Part shown: in pieces, positions 55,031-64,000 of the stretch | Position numbering within the stretch: position 1 is the stretch's first letter | Layout of the letters: the number at the start of each line of letters is the position of its first letter | Virus record (IMG/VR): IMGVR_UViG_3300035698_035366 | Location: 62,001-126,000 of that record | Reading direction: 5' to 3' (one strand) | DNA length: 64,000 nucleotides | Position numbers and translations under genes: made by a program | The notes under the pieces: generated by a model | Told to the model about the DNA's origin: nothing | Seen by the model: the letters and a program-made list of their open reading frames with translations, nothing else | Databases searched by the model: none

Positions 55031-55252
55031 ATGTGGACAACGGTTTTAGGAATATTTGGTAAACTTATCGGTCCAATTATGAAAATGCTGCCATTTTTAG
55101 CAGCGTATAAGGTCGGACAGGGGAAGGCAGAAAAGGATGTTTTAGAAAACAACCTTGAAGCCCGAACCGAAGGTGAGAAAGCTGCAAACGAGGTCAAACA
55201 AGAGGTCCGAGATAAGGGCCTCGCTGACACCGTTCGAAATAGGAAAATTTAA
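55031..55252 (+). CDS. Inner-membrane spanin-like
   Basis: N-terminal hydrophobic segment + coiled coil. Confidence 0.5.
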   Translation: MWTTVLGIFGKLIGPIMKMLPFLAAYKVGQGKAEKDVLENNLEARTEGEKAANEVKQEVRDKGLADTVRNRKI

Positions 55253-55263
55253 GGAGAGTAGAT

Positions 55264-55509
55264 ATGAAAAATGTTATTTTAATCGGCGTTCTACTTACAG
55301 CCACATTAATAGTTAGTGGTTGTGGAACAGATGTCCGTAGTACATCAAGTCTACCTACTTTGCTTGAATATTCCGACCAATTTAGGAATTCTTTTGCTGA
55401 TGAACTTGATGAAATTTGTAAAATAGGTGCTGAAAAAACACCAAAAACTTGCCAATTTATTCAAGATGCAATTGAATTACGTGCCAAAGTTAGAGCGGCA
55501 CAAGAATAA
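55264..55509 (+). CDS. Outer-membrane spanin-like lipoprotein
   Basis: Lipobox VSGC; PTLLEYS..F...ADEL..D...LRAKVRA. Confidence 0.6.
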   Translation: MKNVILIGVLLTATLIVSGCGTDVRSTSSLPTLLEYSDQFRNSFADELDEICKIGAEKTPKTCQFIQDAIELRAKVRAAQE

Positions 55510-55511
55510 TA

Positions 55512-55540
55512 TTGATATCGATATATAATGATGTTAGTAT
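55512..55540 (+). promoter_or_regulatory. Promoter for the non-coding RNA
   Basis: TTGATA-N17-TAGTAT with extended TG. Confidence 0.6.
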
Positions 55541-55550
55541 ATAAAATATA

Positions 55551-55892
55551 AACAGTGGGCAGCAATGTCCTGAACCCATAAACTCTATGTTGGTGACTGG
55601 GATGCCTAGTTCATGGCGTAATGATAGCGGGGGTGACAACCTCGAATATAGAGATCAATGGAATGAACCATTAACTGTTTAAGTGATAACGTAATGTTAT
55701 TACACGGGACATGGAATAGGAATGATAGCGGATGCCCGTACCGCCTTGCAAAGGTCAGCTGCCTTTGTTTGTATAGTTCATACGAGATAATTACTTAGAC
55801 CAATATCAGTCGGGTAATTATCAAGAGACTGGCAATGGATCTTCGATGATCTGTTAAAATTGAAAGCATGATATGCCGGCATTCCTATTCCA
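55551..55892 (+). ncRNA. Unclassified ~340-nt pseudoknotted RNA
   Basis: Stems 55558-63/55758-63, 55565-72/55705-12, 55713-24/55880-91 (12 bp perfect), 55786-94/55814-22; no ORF. Confidence 0.65.
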
Positions 55893-55958
55893 GATCGAAA
55901 AAAGATATTGCAAATATCATTCGCTTATATTATACTACTTAAATAATAAGGAGAAACG

Positions 55959-56114
55959 ATGTTTATTTTTACAATTGCTTGGAGCCAAACAGACCGAGAC
56001 GTTATCGCAGTTGAAGCAAAGACGCGAGACGAAGCTTATGAGAAGATGGTAAAAAGGATTGGAAATAGCTTTAACATCGTTGACACAAGGGAGGTTACAA
56101 AAATAATAGAATAA
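55959..56114 (+). CDS. 51-aa hypothetical
   Basis: RBS TAAGGAG; MFIFTIAWSQTDRDVIAVEAKTRDEAYEKM.. Confidence 0.6.
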   Translation: MFIFTIAWSQTDRDVIAVEAKTRDEAYEKMVKRIGNSFNIVDTREVTKIIE

Positions 56115-56147
56115 TAGAATAATAGAATAATAGAATAATAGAATAAT
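56102..56147 (+). repeat. Tandem 8-mer (AATAATAG) x5.75
   Basis: Direct reading. Confidence 0.95.
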
Positions 56148-56371
56148 TTTTAAAAAACGAACATTTTTTTATTGTTTTAGTACGAAAATTATAGTATATT
56201 ATAAATAACAATGAGGCAGGAGCGTAGGAGCAACAAAAACCTCACATAAATTAAATTATTTAGATCGAAGTCGTAGCTGGAGGTAACGTTACCAGTGAAA
56301 GCGGAAGGGCGGTATACCGCGTCCGATAAGATGAGCCTAAGTCGCAGAACGGAACTGGCACGGATACAGAT

Positions 56372-56438
56372 CGAAGAGCCGAATGCAAACGGTTATCATT
56401 TGGATTGAAACTGTCGTTTGTAAATAACTTGTTCTTCG
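56372..56438 (+). ncRNA. Y-RNA-like unit 1
   Basis: CGAAGAGC[C]GA..GGTTATC..TAACTTGTTCTTCG; 8-bp stem with bulged C. Confidence 0.65.
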
Positions 56439-56444
56439 TAGATC

Positions 56445-56511
56445 GATTGAGCCGAAGGGTAGTTGGTTATCTCTTATTGAAAGAACGTGTTGCAGCACAT
56501 TAACTTGCATC
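56445..56511 (+). ncRNA. Y-RNA-like unit 2
   Basis: GAGC[C]GAAGGGTAGTTGGTTATCTC..TAACTTGC; an alternative pairing with 56511-18 is possible. Confidence 0.6.
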
Positions 56512-57216
56512 CAACCCCAATCCTTGCTCATGATAATTGGTTTCCAATTTCCATAAAAAATTGGTGGTGGAGGCAGCATATAAGGATTAATCCTATTATG
56601 ATACCGCCCCAGGTTTCCAACTTCCTTAAAGAGTTGGTGGCGGATAAAAGTTTTAAGGTAGTGTAATTACCATATGACTCCTCCAAAAGCGGGAAAGAAA
56701 TTTCCCGCTGGATCGAGGCTCTAATAATAACAGGAGCAAGGCGCAGTAGAAAAACCACTCGGTATGTTTATGGGTAAGCTGCATAGACTATAAACGATTA
56801 TACAGATTTGATGCCTGATTCAGCTAAGAAGGCATCTCACGGTGGTGGTGCTGAAACCGCATGATCGTGGGGGTATTCGAGTAAAGCTCGGTACATTTTG
56901 TGGAGGAAGGCTGATTGTGGCACCGACGGAAATCTAGGGTCACCTGTTCTTCAAGGGAGGAGGCACCACAAAGATCGACCTAAATTAGTTTTACTTAGTT
57001 AAACTAAGTTGGGTTGACTTGTTTAGCGATGTATTTGTTGGCTGAAAGCCAATAAAGGTGATTATCCACTGGATAGGTAAGAGGTATACACCTTGGGGCT
57101 ATACATGGCGTTAAATGATGCGTGTAAGGGCGAGCACTGAGTTCAGAGTGCATAGGAAATAAACGGAAGTCGGGAAGCAGTAAGCCTTACGGTAGTCGCT
57201 TCCAAGTCCTAAGATC

Positions 57217-57280
57217 GAAGAGCCGAAGAAATATGGTTATCTTGCAATGATGAACCCCATATTTCATTAACTTGCTCTTT
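57217..57280 (+). ncRNA. Y-RNA-like unit 3
   Basis: GAAGAGC[C]GA..GGTTATC..TAACTTGCTCTTT. Confidence 0.65.
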
Positions 57281-57291
57281 TAATTTTGATC

Positions 57292-57362
57292 GGGGCCGTA
57301 GTATGTGGGTTATCTTACATTCAGAAAACAGTTTCTTGCAGTAAGACCGCTAACACTATCGC
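57292..57362 (+). ncRNA. Y-RNA-like unit 4 (divergent)
   Basis: GGGC[C]GTAGTATGTGGGTTATC; TCTTAC/GTAAGA stem. Confidence 0.5.
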
Positions 57363-57450
57363 AATTACTGATTAGTAATCAATTTATTGGTGAAAATCGG
57401 TTTTCGGATGTTTAATATGGATCACTTAGAATGATTTCAATTAAGTTAAA

Positions 57451-57488
57451 CTAGCCGAAGTCCATGTACACTATTTGCCCTTTGTTAG
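57451..57488 (+). ncRNA. Minimal Y-like bulged-C hairpin
   Basis: CTAGC[C]GAAG pairs with CTTTGTTAG. Confidence 0.4.
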
Positions 57489-58184
57489 CTGGAAGTCATG
57501 ATCCAGCGAAAGACGATAGATGCGGGAATATGGAAGCAAGAGCGTCTTTATTAGAAAGAACTGGCGATATCCAGGGACGTTTGATAGGGATTTTCAAATA
57601 GCCAAAATGGTTATCGAGGAGTCAAATTCCGGTCCGGAATATCTGGAAAGACGTTGATACGATAACTAATCAATTAGCCAGGGCCTACCCGGCGCTTGGT
57701 TTAGAGGGGTTGGTGTAGAACACCTTCCCCTCCTTAATTGAAGTTAATTGAAGATGAATACAGAAGAATAGAACAATTTTTGAAAAACTTGAAAAAAGTT
57801 GTTGCTATTCATAAAAAACAGTGTTAGTATAACGTCTCATATAGTAACTTACAGTAAGAGAGGAATACTAAATGGAAATTTTTAGTAGATAGATTTTATT
57901 TTTAGAGAACTTATTTTTTACTTAGAAAAGTATAGTATGATAGTCGGCCGCGCACCTTGAAATAACCGGCATTTCCTTATTATCCGAAAATGCGTGACAG
58001 GATTTTAAGGGTAGAAAACAAAAATGTTTTTTACTTATGATAGATAAATTTTAATGGGCTTGTATTCTATTAGATAGAAGTTACAAACTCTATAATAGTA
58101 GAACATTAAGGGTAACGGTAGTGGCCACTACCGTTACTCTAGATCGGAGCATAAATTGGAGCATTTAAACAGGAGGGCATAACC

Positions 58185-59819
58185 ATGTCTAGCTTTAACA
58201 GTCTACGTAACACTAATAATTCGCGCCAGAACGCGGCAACCCCACAGTCACAGCCAATTCCAGGCCGTGAAGAGGAGATGGTCGAGAACAACGCAGGTGG
58301 TTTCACCTTCACCGTCGATCTATGGGACCGTCTTGACCGTTTCCTAATCCTTGGAGTTGAGGGTGGAACATACTACGTTTCAGAAAAGAAGCTCGCAGTT
58401 GACAACGCCAAAAACGTTGTTAAGGCAATTGAGCAGGACGGCCTACGGGTTGTTCAGAGAATTGTTGAAATTAGCGACTCTGGCCGAGCAGCAAAGAACG
58501 ATCCAGCATTGTTTGCTCTAGCACTAGCAGCTAGTGCAGATAATCCGCAGACTCGTCAGGCAGCACTTGTGGCTTTGCCACAGGTAGCTCGTATCGGTAC
58601 ACATCTTTTCCACTTTGCGGATTTCGTACAGAATTTCCGTGGTTGGGGCCGCGCACTTCGCCGGGCAATTGGTGATTGGTATACGAAGCAGGATGTCAGT
58701 AATCTAGCCTATCAGGCAGTTAAGTACCGCCAGCGTGATGGTTGGACCCACCGCGACTTACTCCGTTTGAGTCACCCAAAGACTCGCAACGAATCACGTA
58801 ACGATGTTTTCAAGTGGATTGTAACGGGTAAGAACGTTTCCGATGTTCCAGTTATCGCTGGATTTGAACAGGCACAAACGGCAACTTCACCAAAAGAAAT
58901 TGTACGCTTGATTAACGAATTCAATCTTCCACGTGAGGCAATTCCAACAGAGTTCCTTAACGACGTTAATGTATGGGATGCGCTTCTCCAGAAGATGCCT
59001 TTGCACGCAATGATTCGAAACCTTGGTAAGATGAGCAGCATTGGTCTACTTGCACCAATGAGTAATGCCCAGAACCTGGTTGTTAATAAGCTTTCTAACG
59101 CGGAGGATCTCCGTAGAAGCCGTGTACATCCAATGGCTGTTTTGACAGCTTTGTACACGTACAAGAGTGGTCACGGTATCCGTGGTAGCCTTTCTTGGGA
59201 CGTTAACTCTCAGGTGATGGATGCATTGGACGAATCGTTCTATGGAACTTTCCAGAACGTTGAGCCAACTGGTAAGCCAACTATGCTCGCTCTTGATGTT
59301 TCAGGAAGCATGTCAATGGACAACATTGGTGGCGTCCCAGGACTCACACCGCGTGTTGCTAGTGCTGCGATGGCTATGATTACGGCCCGCACTGAGCCAA
59401 ACTATATGGTTACTGCTTTTACCGGTGGTGGAAGCTGGGGACGTAGTGGTAATGTTGATAATTTGACAGTTCTTGATATCACTCCCCGCCAGCGTATGGA
59501 CGATGTAATTCGGAAGGTAAGTGGCCTTTCATTTGGTGGGACGGATTGTGCATTACCAATGATTTATGCCGATAAGAAGAATTTGGCTATTGACAACTTT
59601 GCGGTTTATACTGATAACGAAACATGGGCGGGTTCGATTCAGCCATCCCAGTCTTTGGTAAATTACCGTAAGAAGAGTGGTCGTGGAGCTCGTCTCGCAG
59701 TGGTGGGAATGACGTCAACGGATTTCACTATCGCTGATCCAAAGGATGCTGGTATGATGGACGTGGTTGGATTCGATTCAGCGGCTCCAGCAATTATGGC
59801 CAACTTCTTTCGAGGTTAA
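58185..59819 (+). CDS. rsr: Ro60 RNA-binding protein (TROVE + vWA)
   Basis: NNAGGF, RLDRFLILG.EGGTYY, AVKYRQRDGWTHRDLLRLSHP, MIRNLGKM, LALDVSGSM, GGTDCALP, TDNETW. Confidence 0.96.
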   Translation: MSSFNSLRNTNNSRQNAATPQSQPIPGREEEMVENNAGGFTFTVDLWDRLDRFLILGVEGGTYYVSEKKLAVDNAKNVVKAIEQDGLRVVQRIVEISDSGRAAKNDPALFALALAASADNPQTRQAALVALPQVARIGTHLFHFADFVQNFRGWGRALRRAIGDWYTKQDVSNLAYQAVKYRQRDGWTHRDLLRLSHPKTRNESRNDVFKWIVTGKNVSDVPVIAGFEQAQTATSPKEIVRLINEFNLPREAIPTEFLNDVNVWDALLQKMPLHAMIRNLGKMSSIGLLAPMSNAQNLVVNKLSNAEDLRRSRVHPMAVLTALYTYKSGHGIRGSLSWDVNSQVMDALDESFYGTFQNVEPTGKPTMLALDVSGSMSMDNIGGVPGLTPRVASAAMAMITARTEPNYMVTAFTGGGSWGRSGNVDNLTVLDITPRQRMDDVIRKVSGLSFGGTDCALPMIYADKKNLAIDNFAVYTDNETWAGSIQPSQSLVNYRKKSGRGARLAVVGMTSTDFTIADPKDAGMMDVVGFDSAAPAIMANFFRG

Positions 59820-59828
59820 CTAAATACG

Positions 59829-59853
59829 GGGGATGGCTTGGCCATCCCCTTTA
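59829..59853 (+). terminator. Terminator after Ro60
   Basis: GGGGATGGC-TTG-GCCATCCCC-TTTA. Confidence 0.75.
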
Positions 59854-59894
59854 TTGCTTGACAAACGGAAATATACGTCTACTTAGTAGATGGT

Positions 59895-60053
59895 ATCAAG
59901 CAATTGATCGACCACCCCTGCTCCTGTTAATTGGGGTGACTCGGCGGCATTTTTTAATATTGCCGTATTACGAAAAGTGATCAACACGATCACATTTTCC
60001 GCTCCTCCTGTAGAACGGGCCGCGCAATGAACGCGTCGGCCCGTTCTTTCTTT
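59895..60053 (+). ncRNA. Candidate sRNA with CU-rich anti-SD motifs
   Basis: TTGACA at 59858, three hairpins, 11-bp terminator stem 60012-22/60037-47. Confidence 0.45.
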
Positions 60054-60116
60054 ATAAAGTTGACAATACACCAAATCGTGCTATAATACGGTATATCGAA
60101 AATAAGGAGATCGAAA

Positions 60117-61127
60117 ATGCCAAAGGCTATTGTGCTAATTCATCGAGAAGAAGTCGGGTTTCCTGGCGAAATGTTCAACCGTGATACTGTCATTGGTGTC
60201 ATGACACAAAACACCAACGAGACCGAGGTTGAATTTGATTCTCGAGTAAATGAAGTTCAAACTCGATTGAAGAACACCACAATTCTTGATCAGCTCGCAA
60301 AGTCACCTGAATTTAAAGGCATCGCCGCCCCATTCCTCGGTGATAAGCATTATGAGGGATTGATTATCGTTGAAGGAACCGAAATACTGTAATTTCTGGA
60401 GAATAGAATGAATCATATGAAATATGTGGTAATTGATAATGGTATGTATGAACAGATTTTTATTTTCTGTGATGCAATACCGCATGATTCGATGGTTGCT
60501 AAAATTGGACAATCGACTAAAAATGTCGTTTCGGCTGGTTTTGTAACATATGGAAGTGACGGTAATTTGTCGTGTTACGGTCATTCGACCAGCTTGAACT
60601 TAAAAAGTCGTCTTATCGAAGATACCGATCTATTGAATCTAGAACTTCGAGGACGAAACCCATACTAAGGAAAAAGAATGCCTAGTATTTTTGATATTGT
60701 ACCAAATGAAAGTTTCCAAGAAGAACAAAAGAAGGCAAAGGAAATTGTCTTACGTTCTCTTCTTATCAAGAGTCGTGATATTGACGGATTCAGGAACAAT
60801 TCAACTTTGATATCTGAATTTTCTTTGTCTAACCTAGATCTATTGACATATACGGCGGTTTTCTATATAAAACCAGGCGAGTCGAATGTGAAAGAATTTA
60901 AGGAATCTGTGTCTGAGTGGGTTGCAGATTCAGCCATTGAAGGAAATTTTATTGGCTTTTTCCGAGTTAATGGTACCGGAAAAAAGAAAGAATTCGAAAC
61001 AACCAACAAAAATAAACGAAAATATACGCATCGTGCCATTGCCGTAAATGTATCATTTACGCATAAAGGAGATTATGACCTCTTCGAGAATGAATTTATG
61101 GTATTAAGTAAGCTTACTGATACATAA
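60117..61127 (+). CDS. Three hypotheticals (60117-60392, 60408-60668, 60678-61127)
   Basis: RBS-bearing ORFs after an early promoter. Confidence 0.6.
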
Positions 61128-61302
61128 TTTATCAAGAAATATTAGAAACCCCAATCTTAAAGCACGTAAAAAATTGCGTGGCCGCCTTCACGAGTAAAAA
61201 ATCATATCTCCGAAGTAATATGAAAATTTGGCAGACTAGAAAAGCTAAATAAATATATAAAGTGTAATAACTTGTACACAAAAATTAAGGAGATATCAAA
61301 AG

Positions 61303-61890
61303 ATGGTGGAAACGTTAAATAAATTCGGAGTTCCGGTAGACGGTGAAAGAGCTGGTATGCTTATGCCAAAGCTCACAAACCGCTTTCGCGTTCGTCTAAC
61401 AAATTTCGGCCCGCTTAATTCGGCACAATCAGTAGATCTATCACGTCAGGTTATATCGGTTGCAAAGCCAAACTTAACACATGAAGAAGTTATGGTTCAT
61501 AGTTATAACTCAATTGCTTACTTTGCTGGTAAACATGCATGGCAAACTGTTGATCTAGTAGCACGTGATGACATCACAAACGCTGTAACGCGCCTTGTGT
61601 ATCATCAGGTACAGAAACAGATGAACCACTTTGAACAGACTAGCCCAATTGCTGGTTCTAACTACAAATTCGGTATGGTTGTTGAAACACTAGACGGTGG
61701 AAACGATGGTGTGTTGGAAAAATGGGAACTGGAAGGTTGCTTCCTAACTAATATTGCTACGGAAGGTCTAAATTATGAATCTGCAAATGCGCAGACCATT
61801 ACGATGACAATTCGTTACGATAACGCAACACTACAGGATGGTCTACAGACACAGACACCAGAGCTTCTAACAGGATTGACGAGAGTTTAA
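61303..61890 (+). CDS. Tail tube protein (gp19-like)
   Basis: PKL.NRFRV, AGKH.WQ, WELEGCF, ITMTIRYDNA; GCTAAATA at 61244. Confidence 0.88.
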   Translation: MVETLNKFGVPVDGERAGMLMPKLTNRFRVRLTNFGPLNSAQSVDLSRQVISVAKPNLTHEEVMVHSYNSIAYFAGKHAWQTVDLVARDDITNAVTRLVYHQVQKQMNHFEQTSPIAGSNYKFGMVVETLDGGNDGVLEKWELEGCFLTNIATEGLNYESANAQTITMTIRYDNATLQDGLQTQTPELLTGLTRV

Positions 61891-61911
61891 TTTAATCCTG
61901 GAGGAATTCTA

Positions 61912-63426
61912 ATGCCTTTAGTTAATGATTTACTGTCTTTTGCTTTTAGTGGACAAAATCCGTTTGAAGATAGGATGCTACGTGATAGTAGACATGCACG
62001 TCACCGCTTTGAAACAAGAGATGCACAAACAGAACAAGATTTTGGTGGACGACCAAAACCAAAATTCCTGTTTGGTGTGCGATTCATAACTCAGTTCAAT
62101 TCACCGGCCTTTGGACAATTTTCTGACCAAAATGGCGACGTCGCTTTTATGGTTAAAACTGTTGATAAACCAAAAATTGATTTTGACGTCACAGTTATGA
62201 ATCAATATAATAAGCGTAGATTAGTTCAAACAAAAATAAAATATCAACCAATTAATATGCGTTTTTATGATTCAGTAGATGAAAGACTATCAAAATTTAT
62301 ATTATCATACATGCAGCATTACTATGGTGATCATTTAGCAGAAAATGTTGATCAATGGAGTTATGATAAAATTTCTTCAGAATTCAATAATGGTGTAGAT
62401 GGTTGGGGTTACAGAGGTATTTCCCAACCAGGCCGCTCAAATTCTGCCCCTTTCATGTCACATATTGAACTTTATCAATTCTTTGGTGGTAATTTTTCTC
62501 GTTGGGTTTTTGTTAACCCATTGATTACTAGCTTTGATCATGATAATGTTGATGCAGAATCGGGCAATGTTGCACAAGAAGCAAGTATGTCAGTCGAATT
62601 TGAAGGACTTCTTTATAGAGAAAAAAATATCCCATTAGCAACATCTAAAGTTGGTCGCGCAGCAATTGATTTCTTCAAGCTAGAAGAGTTCGCTGATAAT
62701 TTAGAATTACCTGATGCACTACAAATCGGCGGTTTAAATCTCGGTGGTATTAGTGATCTTGCATCGGCTAGATCAGTTTTTGGTCGAGAACTTGGTAGGA
62801 AAACAATCGAAGTTTTGAGCGGTAGCCCAATCGATACATCAGGCATTTCTAGAACATCATCATCGGCATTAACACCGTTTGGTAACTTTGATTTTGGTTC
62901 AGTTATTGTTGGTGAAGGTGTTGATGGATTAATTAGTAGCGGTGTAAGTGGATCGACAGGTGCGGTTTCAAACGCCATTAGAGCTGGTACTGCAAACGTT
63001 GCACGTGATGCTCTTAACTTGGTTAGAGGTAATATTCTTGGAACAGGTGGTACTCGACTCAATGACGGCGCTGCCTCGTTTTGTGCTGACCCAGCAACAG
63101 GATCTGGGACTTCACCGTCCGCATCCCCGGCAGGTGCCGCCAAAGCTGTTGGTCAAACAGGTGGGTTTTCCACACCAGGAGTAGCAGCAGATGAAAATTC
63201 AGCAGTTGTACAGTTTGCAGGAGCGGTGACAACTGGTGTTGATACAGTGGTCAAAGGGGTTGGTGATGGTTTACAGTTTGGATTAGAGACCATCGGGCTT
63301 AGAAATTCCCAATCTACTACAGGAAACCAAATTGGAGTAACAGCTAAACCATTTGTTGACCCAGATTCATTAACGCCTTCACAACGGGCTATTCGGGCAC
63401 AAAACCAATTTCCGGATAACACCTGA
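61912..63426 (+). CDS. Baseplate tail-tube cap/initiator (gp48/gp54-like)
   Basis: VKTVDKPKI, NQYNKRRLVQTKIKYQPI.MRFYDS; follows tube gene. Confidence 0.6.
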   Translation: MPLVNDLLSFAFSGQNPFEDRMLRDSRHARHRFETRDAQTEQDFGGRPKPKFLFGVRFITQFNSPAFGQFSDQNGDVAFMVKTVDKPKIDFDVTVMNQYNKRRLVQTKIKYQPINMRFYDSVDERLSKFILSYMQHYYGDHLAENVDQWSYDKISSEFNNGVDGWGYRGISQPGRSNSAPFMSHIELYQFFGGNFSRWVFVNPLITSFDHDNVDAESGNVAQEASMSVEFEGLLYREKNIPLATSKVGRAAIDFFKLEEFADNLELPDALQIGGLNLGGISDLASARSVFGRELGRKTIEVLSGSPIDTSGISRTSSSALTPFGNFDFGSVIVGEGVDGLISSGVSGSTGAVSNAIRAGTANVARDALNLVRGNILGTGGTRLNDGAASFCADPATGSGTSPSASPAGAAKAVGQTGGFSTPGVAADENSAVVQFAGAVTTGVDTVVKGVGDGLQFGLETIGLRNSQSTTGNQIGVTAKPFVDPDSLTPSQRAIRAQNQFPDNT

Positions 63427-63857
63427 TGGCTAAGTATGGTCATGTGCATAGTGGTGAATTTACGCCCAGCAATCCGGCAAAATATAAAGGTTCATATCCA
63501 ATAACATATAGAAGTTCATGGGAACTCACTGTATTCAACATGTTTGATTCGCACCCCAACGTTTTAGAATGGGCAAGTGAAAGCATAAAAATACCTTATA
63601 TGCACCCATTTAAGGGTAGAATGTCATTTTATATCCCAGACATTGTTGCAAAATTCGTGGATAAAAAAGGAAAAACTCATGTTGAGGTTATCGAGATAAA
63701 GCCTTTGAAAGAAACTTTGGCAGAACATGCCAAATCCAGGTATGATCAAGCACAATTAGCGGTTAATCATGCTAAATGGAAATCGGCTCAAGCTTATTGT
63801 GCAAAAGTCGGTATGAAATTTAGGATTTTAACCGAAAAACAAATATATAGAAATTAG
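63426..63857 (+). CDS. Head completion nuclease (T4 gp4-like)
   Basis: NPAKYKG, YRSSWE, WASESIKIPY, Y.PD, IEIKP, KW.SA..YC...GMKFRILTE. Confidence 0.9.
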   Translation: MAKYGHVHSGEFTPSNPAKYKGSYPITYRSSWELTVFNMFDSHPNVLEWASESIKIPYMHPFKGRMSFYIPDIVAKFVDKKGKTHVEVIEIKPLKETLAEHAKSRYDQAQLAVNHAKWKSAQAYCAKVGMKFRILTEKQIYRN

Positions 63858-63954
63858 CAATTACTTAGTGCAATTGCGGTTTATACAACTTCTTTGCTGT
63901 GAACCTTACGAAATTCGTTTTGTAAATAATAAAAATATATTGAGGAGATATTGT

Positions 63955-64000
63955 ATGCCTAAACAGCAAAAAACAAAACTTGAAGAAACCTTGGATTTGC
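63955..64000 (+). CDS. 5' end of next gene (truncated)
   Basis: RBS GAGGAG; MPKQQKTKLEETLDL. Confidence 0.5.
   Translation, partial: MPKQQKTKLEETLDL

Noticed and set aside
56376-56397. Group II intron domain V (GAGCCG..CGGTT)
   Set aside because: Hairpin far shorter than D5, with no AC bulge, no D6 and no RT
56337-56758. Minus-strand ORFs 56337-56579 and 56528-56758
   Set aside because: No RBS or recognisable motifs; they lie antisense to the structured repeats
55550-58180. Canonical tRNA, tmRNA or complete RNase P RNA
   Set aside because: No GTTCRA T-loop cloverleaf with CCA, no tmRNA GGATTCGAC or tag ORF, and no GGAAAGTCC/CCGGCTTA P4 pair found by eye
1-64000. Alternative genetic code (stop recoding)
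   Set aside because: Core genes are full length under the standard code; the few breaks are homopolymer frameshifts

Overview
This window comes from a large AT-rich T4-superfamily (jumbo myovirus-like) phage genome. The EF-G, SleB hydrolase and spanin styles suggest an alphaproteobacterial host (inference). Virion modules are portal with an HNH intein, scaffold, protease, core, major capsid (MCP), neck, tail terminator, sheath, tube, baseplate and head-completion nuclease. They are interleaved with accessory genes: a complete PncA/PncB/NMNAT/NadE + Nudix NAD+ salvage set, EF-G, GroES, HldE, CCA enzyme, PTH2, Leu dehydrogenase, GuaC, oligopeptidase A, lysis genes and Ro60. Two regions stand out. 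(1) At 19441-20511, just downstream of the MCP, are seven translationally coupled 49-56 aa micro-ORFs, mostly missed by the ORF track. Each ends in the same 27-bp repeat (peptide ~ANPKECYE*), and four carry diverged fragments of a T4-type MCP, one matching the Gol-peptide region. (2) At 55550-58180, a mostly non-coding 2.6-kb stretch upstream of Ro60 contains several Y-RNA-like units with the bulged-C helix, a ~340-nt pseudoknotted RNA and other hairpin blocks, punctuated by a strand-specific GATCG motif. All calls are by eye from the sequence and translations; no searches were run.
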